Shown here piece by piece: positions 26,888-40,607 of a DNA stretch of 64,000 bases. The stretch comes from Mesotaenium endlicherianum. Taxonomy: Eukaryota. The stretch spans positions 300,895 through 364,894 of the forward strand of contig WELA01001462.1 in assembly GCA_009602735.1 (NCBI GenBank), read 5' to 3'. The notes below the pieces were generated by a model, which saw only the letters and a program-made list of their open reading frames with translations, was not told the DNA's origin and searched no databases. The translations under genes and the position numbers were made by a program. Numbering within the stretch: the first letter of the stretch is position 1; each line of letters opens with the position of its first letter.

Positions 26888-29800
26888 ATGGGTGTCCCCT
26901 TATGGGGGGGATATGTCCGGGTTCTGCTAGCGTCAGTGGTGCTTCATCTGGTTCGCTCCGCACATGCAGGTACGTTCAAACTCTTATTCAATACACAAGA
27001 GCGAATAATCGGCTTCAAGCTACATGAGGAACATCAGTTGTTTTGCATGGAACCACGAGCCCTAAGCATAATAAGGTCTACTGTCTTGGTACTTATGCCC
27101 TCAGCGTCCAACTTAACTGCTGGGAGAACGCTTGCCCCCGTCAGGCAACATGGTCGTCTGATCTTTGCTTTTGCTGCCTTCAACGGTCCACTTTTCGTAT
27201 AGGTCTGTGTTGGCAGATATTCTAGTTGCTTGGAATCGGTGCATACAAATTGTAGTTATCCTCTCTGTATCGCTATGTTTCAAAAAACATGGCGCAAATT
27301 CGTCTGCCTGCTGGTATGCTACATGATTCCTTTGCAGATGCGCATATGCTGGCTCATTTTGAATGGAACAAGCACTCCAGCAGAGTACGCACACGAGGCT
27401 TATGCTCAGTGCGTGAATGATCCAACGCAGATGTGAGGACTGAAGACGAGCAAGCCTTGGAAGGCAACGTGCCCAAAGCTGCTCTCGACTTCCAGACACA
27501 AGCAGCAAAGGTAGCTCAGGAGCACCCTCCGGGAACCCTGCAGTCTCAGCAGGTTCCTCCTTCTGGAGAACTGCACTTGGACGAATTTATCAGGAAGCAT
27601 GATGTGGGAGCATCAGAACCTCTGCATGAAGGTGTGTCTGAAAGACCTGAGGTAGAGCAGCAAGGCCCAAGCAGAGGCGTTGATGCAGGAGCTCTTGTTA
27701 GCCAGGGAGGGCACACCTTAAGCCAGCCACAGCTTCTACAAGGCCATCATCAGAGCCTAGAACAGCCTGGGGCGCGGTTGCCTAGCCCCCAGCAAGGGGA
27801 GGGAGAGGAAGCAGCAGCTGCTGGTGCTGCTGCTAGTGCTGCATATGATGAAAACGATGCTGGTGCAGAGGCAGAGGCAGAGGCGGAGACCGAGGGGCCA
27901 GGAGAAGAAGGCTCCTCAAGCGAAGCAGATGAACAGTTTGCTAAACTGAGGGATCTGCTGGTGGGTGCTTTTGGTGCCTTCCCCTTCCCATCGTTCCGAC
28001 TCACACATAGTGAGAGGCATGCCCGTGAGGTGTGCTTCTCCTTGAAGTCATTGTCCTGCTGCAGCAGGCCTGAAAGGGGGTCCGCATTTACTTTTGAGCC
28101 ATTAATGGCACTGTCCCTATATCGCCCCCAGAGGCGGGATGGCATGGAAGTGTGCACTTGATGCAGTTGAGGGCTGATTCTGTTGTTGCCATGGACGTGG
28201 AGAGGAGGGCGGCGTGGCCTCAGTGCCGCAGGGGGCAGGTGGGGGATGTGCTGGCACCAAGTCAGCTGGTCATGTGGGTGCATGCCGAGTGGCGTGAATG
28301 ACGTCTTCAATTTTTGGCGGGTGAGCATGCACGCCTCTGACACGGAGCTGTTACGCGCTTGCTGATGCGTCCCAGCTTGGCGGCCCTTCCGGCGCACAGA
28401 AGGGCGTGACGTCGGCAGCCATCCTCGAGCTCAAAGCCCTGGCAGCCGCTCTGCAACCGTCACCCGGTAATGGCGACAACGGTGATGGCAAAGGTTCTCC
28501 GCTGCTGGCCCTGTGGAGGCCATCAACCGCATTTGAGTATGACGAGCCCCACGGTGGCGACATCGCACCAGAGCCAGAGGCCACGCAGACATCGCCATCG
28601 CCACCCGTCCCAGCACCAGCACTGACAGGAGGACTCGTGGCAGCAGCAGCAGCAGAGGAGGGGGAGGGGGAGGGGGAGGGGAGCATGCCTCATAGCTGGA
28701 CCATCACAAAAGGGCAGCAGCCCCATGAAGGCGCTCAGGGGGCTGAGTCTGAGCCTGAGCCTGAGCCTGATACACCTGGTGATGCTGCTCCTTCTCCGCC
28801 TCCTCCTGCTTCTTCTCCTTATCCGCGGCCATCAGGCTCCAGCCAGGGCACCGCAAATTCCCTCCCCTCTGCTGAAACGCCGTCAGAGGCACTCCCTCCA
28901 TCGCTCCCTTCTCCTGAGACCGAACTTGCATCACAAGAAGCACGGGGATTAGTACCATTCCATCATGATGATGATGATGATGGTGATGATGCATCTGCCA
29001 CCAGAGCTGGTTCTGGTGAAGTAGCCGCGCACCCGCCGTCTGTGCTAGGAGTAGCGCCAGGTGCCGGCGCCTCAGAAGGTGGTGAGGGGGCACGTGCTCC
29101 TCCGACCCGAGAGTACAACAGCATGGCTGCCAGTGCCGGAGCTGAGAGTGCCCTCGGTGGAGAATGGAGGGGGAGTCTTCCTCCTGCCGCTGCACCCGAG
29201 GCAGCAACAGTTGCATTTGCCGCAGGCCGGGAGGAGGCGGTGGGCCAAGTGCCTCAGCAGAATCCGGGCTCAATGCCTCTCCTTGCTGCTGACTTGTCGA
29301 GTGCTTCAGAAGCTGCCTCGGATGGTGGCGGGGCCCCAGCTGGTCCTGGCACACGGGCTCATACGCAGACAGATGCAGGCTCAAGCGCAGGGGGGCAGGT
29401 AGTAGATACAGGGGCAGGCACAGGAGCAGGTGCAGGTGTAGGGGCAGCTGCAACGCCAGATGGTGATGCGCTTAAGGATGGTGATGGAGCAGCAGCAACA
29501 GCAGCGGCAGCAGCAGGAGCAGCAGGGTCACAGAATACTACAGACGCAGGTACAGGCTCAGCAGAAGGAGGCGGCAATGTACCCGCGGCAGCAGGGCAGT
29601 GGGTGCACGGAGGCGACGGGTACGTGTGGCTGGACGGCGACGGTGTCCGCAGGTTGGAGGAGGAGAAGAGGGCGGGCGCTGCACAGTTCCTGCTGGGCGT
29701 GCTGTCTGCCACCGGCGTGCTGCCCCACCACGCCCCACTTAATGACTCCCTGGTGTGCGCCCTCCCCCCCGCCCTAATACCTTCCCCCTTGTGGTGCCTC

Positions 29801-32800
29801 ATCTTCCATAAACTTTCACGCCCTGAAGTTGGTCTCTCAATTGTCCTGCGTTCTTGGTGTCGATTTGCCCAAGCTGCTGCTGCTGCTGCTGCTGCTCTCA
29901 TGTGTATTGTCCCAAGTCACGGTGAGAGCAACGTGGCCCCATTTAGGGAAGACCTTTTCTCCTCTTGGGCCCACTGACACGTAGCCCATAGCAGGCGAGA
30001 TGAGAGCCTCCTTGAGTGAAAGGGCGCCCTCAAGCTGCCTGCTGTGAGGCCACCCTGTGACTGCTCTCCCGCATCGCTACTCCCCCTTCCCCCCCNNNNN
30101 NNNNNNNNNNNNNNNNNNNNNNNNNNNNNNNNNNNNNNNNNNNNTTGTCCCCCACTCTCCTCCCTCCTTCCCCCTCTCCCCCCCCGCCTGGCTGTATTGA
30201 TGGCATACTCCATCAGCCCTTCTCAGAGCTGACACAGGTGGATAACATTGCTTGGCTCTTTTTACGTGATTGTTTTCTGGAAGCCTGGTCATCATAAGAG
30301 TGACTGTTCATGCGGCGTCTACCTTGAGTATCTGGTTAGGGTTGGATGAATGGTAATTATGCTGGTTGAGCTCTTGACAGAATAATGGGTATGCGTCTTA
30401 TGGGCATTGACTCTCTGTTGAACCTTTTTTGCTGCTAGTAAACGGGGTGACGGAAAATTTGGAGAGGGCTAGTTCTGTGGTGTCTCGACTGACTGGGTGG
30501 GCAAGAGGAGTGGGGTGGCAGGCGGTGGAGCAGTTGACGAGGGCGGCACATGCGGGCTCCCTGCACGCCTGGCTGGCGCTTGCCAACCGCTACTACCAGG
30601 TGCGTGGATAGGTGTGTGCGTGCGTGCGCATGGGGGGTGAGTCGTGTGAGCTCCGTCGTGCTGGCTGGGGTGGGTCATGTTGCAGCCGCGTGTCCCTTGA
30701 AGTGGGGTGAGCGTCTCACTGCGTCCTCTGCTGCTCTCCCTCACTCTCGTGGTGGGGGGGGCCTGCTCGCTCTCTACTTGTCGAGCTATAGGGGCCGTTT
30801 GTGACTCTGCTATCCCTGTCAGGATTTATGGACAGAATGCAAGTGGCGAGTGTGACTGAGTGGTGTGTTGAGCCAGGCAGTGGCGGAAGTCTGCTGCACA
30901 TGCAGGCCCGTGCAACAACCTATTTTGACGTTGCATGGCGCTGGGAGAAAGCAAGAGTGAAGCAGGAGAGCATCACACAGGGAGGACGGGATGGCCCTAA
31001 AGAGTGGCATGGGCACACAGGCGGCAGCAGGGGCCCGTAGACTGCAGAGAGACACAGAGGGGGGCGGATGGGAGTGCAGAGCTGACAACAGGGGGCACGC
31101 TTTCCAACAGGGGCGCGGAGTGCAGAAGAGCTGCATGGGCGCCATGTGGTACCTGAAGGCGGCGGCGCACGAGGTGCTGCGCGCCACGGAGGAGGCGGGC
31201 GACTACTCGCTGCCCAAGTCCTCCGTGCGCCTCCGCGACCGCCTCCGCGAGGGCTCCGCCGTGGCGCGCGCCTATGCTGATGACACGGCCGAGCAGGTTC
31301 TTGCGTGCACCTGTGGTTGTATGTGTGTGTACTGCTGTCAGGTCGGTCGTAGCGCACACCTGCAGTGCCGGATCCCACACACACGCGAGAGACCAGCTGG
31401 CTGCATCGCCTTCTCCTCTGCATGTCTACTTCAGAAACGTCTTTGAGACTTCCCTTGTGTGAGCTGTCGCTGGTCATGCCTCTTGAGGGCCACTTTTGCT
31501 TCAAGTAGATGTGCCGAATGCTGCTGCTTAGACATGTGGCATCCTTATTTGGGCTTCTGTGCGCATCTGTTGGAGGGCCCAGCATGAAGGCACGCTCTTT
31601 TTCTAGACGCTGGAGCGTACTGTGACCTTGGTGGTGGGCAGGTGGAGCTGGATGAGGAGCTGGCGCAGAGGGGGGTGCCAGAGTTCCAGCGCCACATGGG
31701 CTACCGCCACCTGCTGGGGCGCGGCATCCAGCAGGACAATGGCGACGCCTTCCGCCTCTTTGAGGCCGCTGCTGTCCAAGGTTGTTCTCTCTCAACTATG
31801 CCCCACCCACCCCCCTCCCCACCCTCGCCACCTTCTAGTATGGAGGGGTGAGGGTGATCGTAGGAGGCCTGTCTGAGAGCTACGTGGCTGCTGATTGGCT
31901 GGCTGGCAGCGCCTGCAGCTGCGCCCTCTGCCTCCTACTTCCGGCTGGTCCGCCCACGAAAGGCGAAGGCCCAGCGTGCGTTGTTTAAGCACTCGACGCT
32001 TGCTGTGAGGTTGATGGCTGGCTTGATTAGGTACCTTGTCTGGGACATCTCAAAGGGGTGTCCACTCGAGCCCCACTGAGAGGGCAGCCAGCAGTTGTTG
32101 CTACAGCACGCATTCTGGGCTCATGCATGTGGGCTGTCTCGACTGGGGCTGCAGGGGATGACGTGGCGGCCTTCAACTTGGGCTACATGCACATGAAGGG
32201 CCTGTCCACCCCTGTCAACTACACGGCCGCCCGCCACCTGTTTCTGCGCGCAGCGGAGCGGCGCCTGCCGTCTGCGTACAACGGTCTTGGTGTCCTGCAT
32301 TTTAATGGGTGGGGCACGCCCGTCAACTACACGCTCGCGCGCGAGTACTTTGCTCGCGCAGCCCAGCGCAACGACCCCGACGGGCTGTCCAACATGGGCA
32401 GCATCTACCTGGGCGGCTACGGCGTGGAGAAGGACGTCCCGCGGGCACTGCGCTACTTCGAGCAGGCGGCGGACGCCGGCCACTGGCGCGCACCCTTTGC
32501 GCTGGCACTGCTGTATGCGGAGGGCAAGGAGACGCCGCTCAACTGCTCGCTGGCCGTGCGGCTCTTCAGCGTGTTTGTGATTGAGCGTGGCTCCTGGCCC
32601 CGCGACCTGCAGGACGCCACAGAGGCCTACGACGCCGGCCACCACTGGGCGGCCTTGGTGCGCTTCCTCGTCGTGGCAGAGCAGGGCAGCCTGGTGGCCA
32701 TGGAGAACGCTGCCTTCATGCTGCGCCGGGCGGAGGGCTTTGACGGTAAGGCAGCCAGACGCCCGCGGACTGACGAATTAAGATGCAGTCCTGGCTTTCC

Positions 32801-33888
32801 TAGAGCAGAGTAGCGTAGTCTGCAGTACTATATGGAGCAGAGCAGAGTCGAGCTCAGTTCCCCGCACTAGCAAGCCCCCACTCCTTGAGTCCACGGCGCG
32901 CAGCCACCTCCTCCTTTATTGCGACGCTTGCTACCTTTCTGTTAAGGCTTGAAGGTAATGCTTGCAGTTCTGTTGTGCGTGCATGTGTGTTTGTGCGCGT
33001 GCGTGCGCGTGTGCAGGGCCCGGGAAGCAGAGCCTGATGCTGGAGCTGCTGGCAAGGGCGGGCAAGCTGGGCAGCGCCATCGCGCTCATCGAGCTCGGCC
33101 ACCTTCACTTCCAGGATGCCGCCGGTCACAACGCCTCGCGCGTCGTGGATTACTACGAGCAAGCGGCAGCCGCGGGGGAGCCGGAGGCGTTCTACAGCCT
33201 GGCGTACATGCATCAGCACGGGCTGCGCAGCCTGCCCCAAAACCTCAGCCGTGCGCGGGAGCTTCTCGAGAGAGGCCTGCAGTTTGCCGTCGATGAGGAA
33301 GTGGTGCCGCTCACTCTTGCGCTGTACTGGCTGAAGCTGCACTCCCTCGCCCTCACAAGCTGGGGTGTGATGCGTGCGCCGCTGGCGGGGTTGCTGCATC
33401 AGCTGGAGCGCTTACATGCATCGGTGCTAACTGCAACCTCAGCAGGCCCGCCCCAAATGGGCGGCCGTCGGGAAGCTGCTTCAGGTGGGGAGCCTATCTC
33501 CCAGGAGGGAGCAAGTAGTAGGCTCACAAGCTTGGTGAAAGGCTGGGACACGGTTCTCATATTTGTGCTGACAGTGGCCCTCATAGTGGTTTACAAGGTC
33601 ATGCTGCGAAACCAGGCATCAGGTGCTGAGGAGTCGGCAAGGCTGGCCGCACAGAGGCCACCTCACGGCGCAGGCCGTGAGGAGGCGGGCGTCAGAACAC
33701 TTGGCAGTGGGCAAGAGGGAGATTCTGGTGCCGTTCTTGACCAAGGAGATGAGATAGGACAACTGGGGTCAGCTAGCCTTGGAGGTGAATTGGCAAGTGG
33801 CAGCAGTGGTGAAGGAGACCATGTGGATAGAAGTCGAGGCAGTCCTGAGTCTCTGCATCGAAGGGTGGCAAGACAACCTTCGGCTTGA
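26888..33888 (+). CDS. HRD3: SEL1L/HRD3-like ERAD component (Sel1-repeat protein) with a long low-complexity N-terminal region, 8 exons
   Basis: Exons 26888-26969, 27431-27960, 28400-29752, 30522-30599, 31111-31296, 31642-31780, 32155-32745, 33017-33888. Signal peptide; multiple Sel1 repeats (AAFNLGYMHMKG, AYNGLGVLHFNGWG, GLSNMGSIYLGGYGVEKD); SEL1L-type VIERGSW and AEQGSLVAMENAAFML segments; C-terminal TM (VLIFVLTVALIVVY). Confidence 0.85.
30096..30144. other. Assembly gap (Ns) in a poly-C intronic tract
   Basis: Run of n characters. Confidence 1.
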
Positions 33889-34611
33889 TTCTGTTGCAAT
33901 TCTTAGAACCTAGTGTATTATATTTGCATAAAGTTTTCCACATAATAAATCTCAGCATGAGGGAATTGAGTTGAATAATGGGTCTGCTATATGTACATGT
34001 CAGCGTGGTAGTTCTGCACTGGTACAATTCAGGTCATGTCCATCTTCATACAAACTACTCCACTTGGACACACTATGGGGAAGCATTAGAATCGATCAAT
34101 CCTTGATGCATGGTCAATGTATAAGAACAAGTCACCAAATTGGAAAGTGGTTGGGCATGTGGCAAAGAATAGTCTTTTAGAAAATCATGAGCAAATAACA
34201 TGCGAGTCCATTGTCAAGATAAAGTATCTGGGAAAAATGACCTATTACTACCAATCCAGTACATGCTCTGCAGCCTTTATTTTAAATGCATCTTTTCCTG
34301 CACAAATAGTCTTGAGACACTGTGGGCAACAATTGCTGTTTGATATTGATGTCAAGGTTGAGTTCATATATATGTACTCGAATTCAGATGCATGTGAGGA
34401 TATGATTCTACTGCTAGTCGCCATGGCTAGGTAGCTTACTAACTCGAGTAGAGATTACAGCGACTTAAGCTCTCGGCAAGGAACATCATGCCTTGAGCTT
34501 AGTACTTCATGCGTGTATATCTTATCTATGGTTAATATTATGCTTGTTTGAGGCAGTGATTCTACGTTCCACGGCACAGAAACCTATGCTGCAGATGCTA
34601 GACTGCCTATC

Positions 34612-35372
34612 CTAAGCTGCAAAGGCTCCCAAGAAAGCAGCGATAGCAATTCCAATAATGCTCACTCTTATACTCACGCCCAAAGCTCCTGAATCCAACC
34701 AGAAGTCCATAACACAGTATCAGTAGGTGCCCATACTTGAATGACCTAGGATGCACCTCCTTCTACAACAAATATTGGGCAAAATGCCAAGAGGCAACCT
34801 GACAAGAATAGGAAACTTGGAAGGGGCCTAGAGACCTTGATACAGTGCCTAAAAACAGGGCTACTGGATACATACTGGGTTGTAACCTACACAAAAGGCA
34901 CTTACAAGAGTACCCTTTTGCTTCACTTGCAGCTCGTGAGCAAAACCATGCACTCATGACATGCAGTCTTGTAGCCATTTGCGTGACTCATGCATGGACC
35001 ATATTTACACCCGTTACAACCACTAGACCTTGCCTGGCTTAGTCAATGCCCATCAATGCATGCAGGAAGCATGAGTAAAATCAGGTGCACCATTCAAATG
35101 CCAATCCAAGCCTGTCATACAAGTATAGGGCTCCATGTGAGAACTCATGTTCATTCTATGCATGTGGAGCCCTCACCTGCACCACCAGCAGATGGGGGAG
35201 GTGAGGAGGGCACTCCTGGGGTTGCGCCTCCTGCCGTCGATGGACCAGGGGCAGATGCGACCACCGACGGGCCAGGCGCAGCTGCTGGAGCCTGAGCGCT
35301 TGCCAGAAGTGCAGTTCCTAATACGGAGAGCACCATCACCAGCAGCGCCTGGGCCCACTTGGTAGATGACAT
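34612..35372 (-). CDS. Small classical GPI-anchored arabinogalactan protein (90 aa), 2 exons
   Basis: Exon 1 (35372-35177): signal peptide then QAPAAAPGPSVVASAPGPSTAGGATPGVPSSPPPSAGGA with AP/TP/SP glycomodules. GT-AG intron. Exon 2 (34688-34612) is in phase and encodes GALGVSIRVSIIGIAIAAFLGAFAA*, a typical GPI-addition signal. Confidence 0.85.
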
Positions 35373-37727
35373 GGCGGAGACCTTGAAGGTAGTTTCTTTG
35401 GGATACGAGATCTGTATGATATCTTTTAGTGCTGAGAGACTAGCCGTTAACATAGAGACGTTCAGAATGGTTCAGAATTTCAGCTTCAACACAACAGAGA
35501 TTGTTCTACACACCTATAGTTGTTGAAGTTCCCTCGTCCTATATGTGTATACTGCAACCTATGATATGGATCGCTTCAGAGGAATTTAGACGGGCTTATC
35601 TTACTATAAAGCTAGCGTCAACATCAAATTTTGACAGTATAATATTGCACTCGATGTCTGTTACTGACTCTGCACATGCAAACTGAAAGGGCCACCGCAT
35701 TCAGTAACGGGGAAAGACTACAGGATCAATGCAGTAGCAGATTGAACCGTTCCCTAGGATATGTTTGAAAACGTCCAGCCGGTTTCAACACTAGCTAGAT
35801 GCTCGGGTTCTTCTAATGTGCAATTTCACCTCGATGAGGCCCAGCTGGTATTCGATTTGCACGACGTCTTGCAAGGCATTTTCCGCATTCAATTCTCCTG
35901 TAGTCGGCAAGTTCTTTTGGTCAACGTATTATGCTTTGCTTGGATTCTTCCGAACTATCGCTTCGTAAGGAATTTCGAAGCATGGTGCTGAAGCTGCTAA
36001 ACAGGTGGACGAGAAATGCTGGTTCTGGGAACTGACTAAGCCACTGCATTCCCATAGGAGCATAAGTGACGAGGTTATTCAGGTGCCTTCTTGCTTCAAC
36101 GATAATCTGAGGTGCCACGTATGGCAGTGCATGTGGCAATGACGCACCATTGCAGTTGTGAGCTTCGTCGATTGTGGTTAAGTCCGTGATTGGTCGTTTT
36201 CACAATCTTTAATTGTCATGCATGCTGCGCAGCTCGAAGAAACTGACGATAGGCCTCAACAGGCCTGGCATGGACCTGTTCCTGGATGTCATTGCGTGTG
36301 GCCCACCCAGCAATCGGCGTCAAAGACGAGCGAAGCTCGTTTTCTGGGAAGGGCCTGTGGTGAGCTCTACGCGAAGCCTTGCCGCTCGTTGTAGACTAAT
36401 GCTGTTAATCATCGCTTGAAGCTGCTTGAAAGTCTCGCGCGAGGTCTGCCGCCTGGGCAACATAAGGAAAAGCGTCACTAAGCGTCACAATCAAAATGAG
36501 CCTGTGAAAAAACTGGTGTGTGCCACTCTCTGCAAACCCATCTCTGCCAGGTGTGCCTACACGCCACAACACGCCTCGGACCTTCTCAGTCTCAACGAAG
36601 GGTGCGACGGGGGAGCGCGGAGTAGGATCCCCGGGTTCCTACTCCGATTCTGCCCGAGGGCAGTTTGGGCGTCCGCCTTCGCCTTCCTTGAGACGTTCGG
36701 GTTTTGGCCGGTCCTTTTTCAAATTGCTCGACGTCAAACGATTTCAATCAGTTACGATGAGAACCTCCTCGGCGACGGTACCTTTGGCGGGAATTTCGAA
36801 CGCCTTGCGAAACATTGAGAGAGCGGGGTTTTACACATTCCATCTTTGTGAAATGGGTCTTTGAGCCGCAACGAAGAGGAGCTAAGGAAGAATGGACGAA
36901 GCCATAGCTCATTATCATTTCAACTAGTGTGTCCTCCGGATTGGTAGTTGAAGCCGTTACTCACGTTTAGTATTGTCAGAGGCTAGGGACGAAAACGGCC
37001 TAGAGAAGGGAGGGGTGAGGTACGTAGGTTCTCCCTTGCCCAGTGCACAATGTGTGTGTGCAGTGTGATGACATTGTCTTGCAACCTTTGTAGAAGTGCG
37101 GAATTGCACCTGTTTATCCTCATCGATCTCATAGAAGGCCATTGAGTAGTAGGATCAATCATGACGTCCCGTGGCCAAAGTGCCAGGTGTTGTTGCTCCT
37201 GCTCGTAAGTTACCTTTCCTCTTTGCTCCCTAACCCTAATCTGCATCCGTGTGTATGTCTGTCTGTGTCTGTTTCCACGCCTGGTCTCCCGTGTGTCCGT
37301 GAGCATTATCGTGCGCGTGCGTGTGTGTATGCCACGTGGTGCGCCAGCACAAGGAGGTGGGTACCCATTTGGCAAAGGCCTGGGCCCTCAAAGACAGGTG
37401 AGAGCCAGCTTGTCCGTCCCTAGCGCACGCATGCACATAGATGCGCACGCACGCTAGCGAGCCTTTCTTTGATAGGAGCCACACGGCACTCTTGATTGAG
37501 GGCAAAAACGTTCAGATGTGTGGGGGTGCCTGAGCCGCACACAAATTCGTGAGCTTGTTGGCTGCTGGCATGGCATGAAGCGCATGAGCACGTGTCTTTG
37601 TCTGATTTTGAGACGCAGTGGCAGGTGGCAGTGGGACTCAATTCAGTGGCCCGCAGCAGCCTTGCCGTACTCTCTTCATCTCTCAATCTTCCTCTTTAAG
37701 TCCCCCCCCGCCCCCCCCCTCCTTCCG

Positions 37728-37769
37728 NNNNNNNNNNNNNNNNNNNNNNNNNNNNNNNNNNNNNNNNNN
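37728..37769. other. Assembly gap (Ns) in a poly-C tract
   Basis: Run of n characters. Confidence 1.
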
Positions 37770-40607
37770 CCCCCCCCTCCTTCCGCTCCCCCTCACTTCT
37801 CTCATCCTCTTTATCTTCCCCCCTTACTCTCCCCTCCTCTCACTCTCACCTGGGTGTCGCTCTCGCGCTTCCTCCTTCCACAGGCCTGCTCTACGCGTAT
37901 GAGTCCTGCGACCCTGTCGTCCTGATGCTCGCTCTCCCTCGTGTGTGTGTGTGTTGCTCTCGCTCGTCCGTGTTTCCAGAGCCCGCCAAAAGTCTTGCGA
38001 CCCCGTCGACATCCTCACGCCCCTGAGTAAGGGCCGCGTCCAGGAGGGAGAAGTAAGTCGGCCCTCGCACACACACTCAAGAGGTTGAGTTCAGCTGAGG
38101 GGCACCCACTACGAGGGAGTGGGGATGTGTGTCCTTAAATACACACACTAACACCTGGGACTAGAGAGTGCTGAACTAGAAACCTTTCGGCCTTTGTCTG
38201 GCCCTGAGCTACCGCACAGTTAGTCACAGCTATGGCTTTCCATAGATTATTTATACTCGTAACTATTCCTAGCTCAAGTAGCTCTGTGTGTTTGCACGTT
38301 CCTAGCACGTTCCTATAGCCTGGCGGCGCGAATATTCTGGAACCCAGAACCTCAACTCCTCAACTGATGATCGAAATATCTCTGTGGCTTGATCCAACAA
38401 CATGGCTTGCCTGTCTCACTCGGGGGCAAGTGAGGGAGAGGCGTAGTAGTAGGAGGGGGCTGTAGCGCTGAAGCCTGAGCGCAACGCCAACGGTTGTCGC
38501 TAGGGGGGGACGGGAGGGCGCTTAAGGCTTGCCCCTCGTCACAGTCCAGGCTGCTGTGACACAGTTTGAAGAGTCTGGATGGGAAGGGCAAGGTAGCACC
38601 CAAGCCCATCTGCCCCAAACTTTCTCGTGTGTCATGCGCTGCAATGGGGGCGGGCAATGGTGTGCTGACACATGTGCTTCTGCTGCTGCTTGTTTTGCCT
38701 GCCTTGGCCAAAGGGGGAGCCAGGGTGCTTGGGGGCTTGAGCCTTGCTTGAGTTCTAAGTCTCTCTTTGTAAAGGCACCAGGAATAATTGTTGCAAGGGA
38801 GAGGAGGTTGACTGCTGCTGGGTCGAAAGGAAGTGAGAAAGTGCAGGGCAAGAGGGGGGAAAGAAGAGAGGAGAAAGGGGTCTTTTGGGGGGGGGGAGGA
38901 GTGGGACAAAGCAAAGTAGGGGACGTGAGCATTGGTCTCGTACAGGGCGTCGGGGACTTTGATCACCGCCACTTGTTGCAATGATTCACGCTCCCTGCCG
39001 CGACTGGCCTCACTTCCTCTCGCTCTCTCTTTTTTTTATTGCTGGCGTCGGTGCCACCTGGCAGGCTCACTGTAGGTGACGTGGAAGACCAGGGACGTAA
39101 ACGCCTTCAATTTTCCACTCTCAAGCTGGTGGGTGCTTGCGCCAAGTGGCTATCCTCCTCCTCCTCCTCCTCCTCATTCCTCTTTCTCCTTCTCCTCGTC
39201 GTCCTCCTCCCCTCCCTCGCCCCATACTACATCCTCAGCCAGATTCTAGAATTTTTGGTTATTTCTCCCTTTCTTTCACACCCTTTTGTTCCCCTGGCCA
39301 CCCTCTCCACTTCGAAGCCTGATCCACTTGTACCCTTGCTGCTGAAGGATGACAAATTTTCTTATTGTCCTCTTCTTCTCTTCCCCTCCTCCTCCCTTCC
39401 TCCCTCCTTCTCTACTCTCTTGTCTGATTGTTGGGGCAGGCAGGCTGCAGGCTTGCTCCTTGCCCGCCCTGCTTGTTCGCCCTGCCCGCCAGGAGGATGC
39501 GTTCAGGATGCGTTCATATATGCGTATTCACATATATATGTATACATAGTATTTAATGTGCTAATTAGTGTACCTAGATATATACGCATGTATGTTGTAG
39601 TTTATGCATGTGATCATGCATGTATGTATGTATGCATATATGTGTCATATTAAGGCTTAATGAACATTATGTCTGTTAGTGCTCTCCTCCACACCCTTGC
39701 TCTCGACGGGTGGCCTGCGAGTGTAGTGATCCTGTCTTTGTGTGGTTGGGTGCGTGTGGGTGGGCGTGTGGGCGTGCTTGTGCCTGTGGGTGCGGGTGTG
39801 TCGTGTGCGCGCGTGGGTCTGCGCATGCAACGAGGTGTGCGAGTGTGTGTTGTGCGTGTGAAATGTTTTCTCCTTTCCCGTCACTTGGTGACTTGTTTGA
39901 TCTCATGGCGCACCCCTTTACTTATTTCTACAGTAAGGAATGAGTTGCACTGTATGCTGCATGCGTCCTCTGTTTGCGTGGTCAAGGAGGGAGGGGATGG
40001 AGAGTGGGAGATGGGGGCGGGGGTCTGTTGAAAAAGAAGCCATGCTGCTTGTAAGTACGCACGTTGCCGCGTAGGGGCGGGCAGACTGCTGCAGGCATGC
40101 TGCCTGGCCGCCCCACACCTGCCAGTGCTTTCTTGTGCGTTCCAGTGCCAGCGCTATGCCGGCTAGTTTCAGTGCTAGCGCCTGCGCATGCGCCCAAAGG
40201 GCCCGTGCCAGCCAGTGCCAGCGCCTGCGTGCGCGCGCGCTACAACAGGCAGCGAGCACGGCCTGCTGCCTGCTGCCTTCTGCCACGTGGCGCAGGGCAA
40301 CGGGCTGCGTGCTGCTGCGAGCTCCCATGCGCGTGTGCGTGCGTTCGCGTGCGCGATGTTGTGCAGCGCACACGGCCTGCTGCCATCTGGCACAGGACAG
40401 CAGGCTGCGCATGCTGCTGCCTTTCGCCATGCGCGCGTGTGTGTCGGAGCCACTTGTAGGCGTGTTCTACTTTGCTTCACCAACTCCATTGAGTCTTGCA
40501 CTCTCACGCGCACATGTTTGCGTGGTCTCACTTTGGTAGGCTGACTCCCCTTCGTAACATTTAATTGTCTATTTTGTTCATGTTGCTTTTTCTAACTGCA
40601 GGTACAA

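Noticed and set aside
36618..36646. 10-bp hairpin CGGAGTAGGA/TCCTACTCCG as a Helitron 3' end or terminator
   Set aside because: No CTRR terminus at the expected distance and no other supporting structure.
38364..38385. CTGATGA-TC-GAAA as a minimal hammerhead ribozyme
   Set aside because: No room for helix II, and the flanks do not form helix I.
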